Positions 61,481 to 64,000 of a DNA stretch of 64,000 bases are shown in pieces. Origin of the DNA: Lama guanicoe (Eukaryota); contig MU054212.1 of NCBI GenBank assembly GCA_013239625.1, positions 7,879,412 to 7,943,411 of the forward strand, written 5' to 3'. How positions within the stretch are numbered: position 1 is the first letter of the stretch; the number at the start of each line of letters is the position of its first letter. The notes under the pieces were generated by a model. It made no database searches. It worked only from the letters and a program-made list of their open reading frames with translations, and was not told the origin of the DNA. Both the position numbers and the translations under genes were made by a program.

Positions 61481-61940
61481 TGTCAAAGAAAAATGCCATG
61501 TGAAGGCATTAAAAAGGCAGGGAAGACGTTATTCAAGACTGTTGGGAGAGGGGAGAGAGATTGAACTCACCTCTGCTGGAACAAAAGTCGGGAGGGATTT
61601 TAAGCACTGGGGTGAGCTAGAGCAAAGTGCTGAAGGATATCAGACGGGAAGTTGGTGAACCGTGTTAACCAGTTGTCACGATTAGGAAGTTAGGCTCTTA
61701 GCCTCCCACAGAGACTAGGAGGCTGCCTTCAGTAATTACATTTCCCAGGAATGGCTCCCAGTCCTTGAGAAAGATTCCTGGGTTGTGAAACTGGCGAAAG
61801 GCTGGGAGATTTTACATCTTTAAAGGGGCAAAGAATTTACAAAGGCAAGTGTTCTAATGTAAGTGTTCTAAGAAAAGGGAGGCTGAAGACCTAGAGTCAG
61901 GAGAAACCTGTCTAAAGCTTAGTCACGCTGAGTGGAGAAC
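61481..61940 (-). mobile_element. MER89-like ERV1 LTR
   Basis: TGTCAAAGAAAAA...GGAAGACGTTATTCAAGACT...GATTGAACTCA...CCTCCCACAGAGACT...TCCTTGAGAAAGATTCCTGGGTTGT...CTAAGAAAAGGGAGG matches the recalled MER89 consensus. Confidence 0.85.
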
Positions 61941-64000
61941 ACACAGAACACAGAAGGACAATTGTTGGGAAATTTTGGCTAATTCAGGTGATTTCAGTGC
62001 ATGTATGTGTTAAACATCTACTCTGAGCTCAGAACCACAAGCAGCGGAAGCCAAATAAACAAAAAAGGCAAAGAAACAAAATTAAGAAGCATGGACTCAT
62101 GAATCCGCCAAAAAGAACGAAACAGAACAAGAAAACCTCTGTGGCCGCATACCTTGATTAAAGAAATTTGGGGCAAGTTGCCCTCAGCCAAAAATTCCCC
62201 CCCGGGTATAATGCACTAATTATCAATTTATTTGGTACCTTCAATTAAAGCTGAAAAGACCCCTCACCTTGCCCTTTTCAGTCATCAAAGTTTGTCAGCT
62301 CAGGTAAGTCTATCAGACTGGCTTTCAGCAGAACAAATAGTTTGTTCTCGGACTCAAGCTCGCTGTCTTCTCTGTTTTTCTGCTCGGCGCACATCTCCTC
62401 CGCTTTGTGTGGCACTTACTTGTGGACGTGTCCGTGTCAGTCACTCACAGGAACTCCTCCTGACAGACAGACCCTACCTCCCTCTTCAAACCCATTCACC
62501 TGAGATGCTGAATTCACGTGGCTTTAAAAGCCTCAGGGCACAGGAGAGGTCGGTTTGAACGGAAGGAAAGTGACTGGAAAACTCTGTCAGAGCATAGGAG
62601 GCTGCCTAAGAAGATGAAGAAGGTCGTGTGGAGAAAGCAGAGTGAGGAGGGACCGGAAATCAAAGGGAGGCAAATGGAGGTCCTCAACAAACACTTGCTG
62701 AATGGTTCCAAGGCAGACAGCCCCCCAGAATGCTGAGCGCAGTCAGCATGTGCGTAGTTGGAATGGCGCCTAGAACATGATTTTGCAATGCACACAATGA
62801 GTTGCAAGAAAACAGATTTCAAAAATTCAGGGAAATGGCATGAGTGGCCGCACCCTCAGGCCATGGTGGATCCAGGTTCTGTTATCACTCGCATCTCCCT
62901 TCTTCATGGTCTTCAGCATCTTTAAGATGTCCACAACGTGGGTCACCATCCTGGAAATTCTCCCTTATGTCACCACCGGGGTCCGGTTTCCTGCTGTTTC
63001 TGACCACCTTACTTCTCTTTTTCTGTCTCTTGGTAGCTTCCAAACCCCCTGGAAGCCAGATTTTAACCAAAGTTTTATTCCTGAGCGATTTTCTCCCTTT
63101 ACAATTTGACTTTTTCTCAAGGCTTCACCGTTACAGTTGTGGCTCTCAAGTGTTCAAGGAGTCCTTCAAAGCCACTTCCCGTGGTCTCGTGAACCAGCTG
63201 ATTCAGGATCTTTGGCATGTTAAGTCAGTGTCCCTTCCAGACTTGCCTCCTCGCTGTCAAAGCTTGTGCTGAGAAAGCAGCTTGAGGTGGACCCAGCATT
63301 AGCCCCACCGACTGCCGTCATAACACAGCCAGTGTCCAGCCAAGCCTGCTGCCTTCCAGTATTTCCACAGAAGACATGCAGCTACTCTCAAGGCCGACTA
63401 TGAATGTACAGACTTTCAAGAAGAGACCACACATGTAAAACTGAATTAAGATCATGATTTCTTGGGCCAGAGACAAAGAAACTTATTTTAAACAAGATGA
63501 ATAAGTCGAGCAAGAGCCTGCGTGGCCCATCTCAGCTCAGCATTTTTTTTTTTTTTTTTGGTCCCAGAACTCATTAGGGATTCCGTAGTGGCTACTTAAG
63601 GTTGTCCATACGGGCAGTGCACTGCTGTATCTGGAAAGCTAAACTTCATTGCTCTCCACTTCCCTTTTTATGTTCAGGGGTTTTATCCTCTTCCAGGAAG
63701 AACTTTCACAAATAGGAAATATCAACAGACCTCCAGTCCCTGTCCTGGTGCTTGAACAGAGCAGAGGGTCAGTTCAGTCCACACGGTCAACGAGCAGAGG
63801 AGAGCAGTCAGTGCGCTCCTGACCCTAACCATCATTTCTACGTCCCTCTTTACTGCATCCCGGAGAAGTACATCTTGGCCAAATGCCCCCTAGGACCTCT
63901 AGAAGAGGGAGGAGCAGAGAATTCACGCTTTCTGTTCTCAGAGAATGAGGTCCGGCTGAAACTGAGAAAAGTTAATTGTATGCTGCATCACAGTTCTTTT

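Noticed and set aside
389..63272. All ORFs in the supplied track as protein-coding genes, including the longest (11124-11645, 36230-36736, 62844-63272)
   Set aside because: They are short, many start at non-ATG codons, many overlap repeats, and none shows a domain I recognise or a consistent exon chain. Only L1 ORF2 remnants are recognisable.
1..64000. Assigning a host gene name
   Set aside because: I recognise no coding exon, so any gene symbol would be a guess.

Overview
Non-coding mammalian genomic DNA, almost certainly from a camelid: it carries tRNA-derived Vic-1-type SINEs alongside cetartiodactyl-type L1 3' ends. I found no credible protein-coding gene, RNA gene or CRISPR array. The supplied ORFs are short chance frames, apart from decayed L1 ORF2 C-terminal remnants. 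The window is a mosaic of interspersed repeats (L1, L2, MIR, MaLR/ERVL/ERV1 solo LTRs, hAT and Tigger DNA transposons, microsatellites) separated by repeat-poor, motif-rich stretches. Most LTRs and younger L1s lie on the - strand, and several strong splice donors lie on +, which suggests a large intron or 5' region of an unidentified + strand gene. The most notable items are: (i) a TSD-flanked L1 of about 0.9 kb in which the extreme 5' UTR is fused to the 3' end, a possible non-autonomous L1 derivative, with a Vic-1 SINE nested inside; (ii) a young ERV1-type solo LTR with eight CCAAT boxes, two octamers, a GAS motif and a TATA box; (iii) two candidate alternative promoters/first exons near 9.8 kb and 30.6 kb; (iv) four perfect ARE/MARE 10-mers; and (v) several perfect inverted repeats. 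Repeat family names come from recalled consensus sequences and need a RepeatMasker/Dfam check. Nothing here can be shown to be a new biological system from sequence alone.
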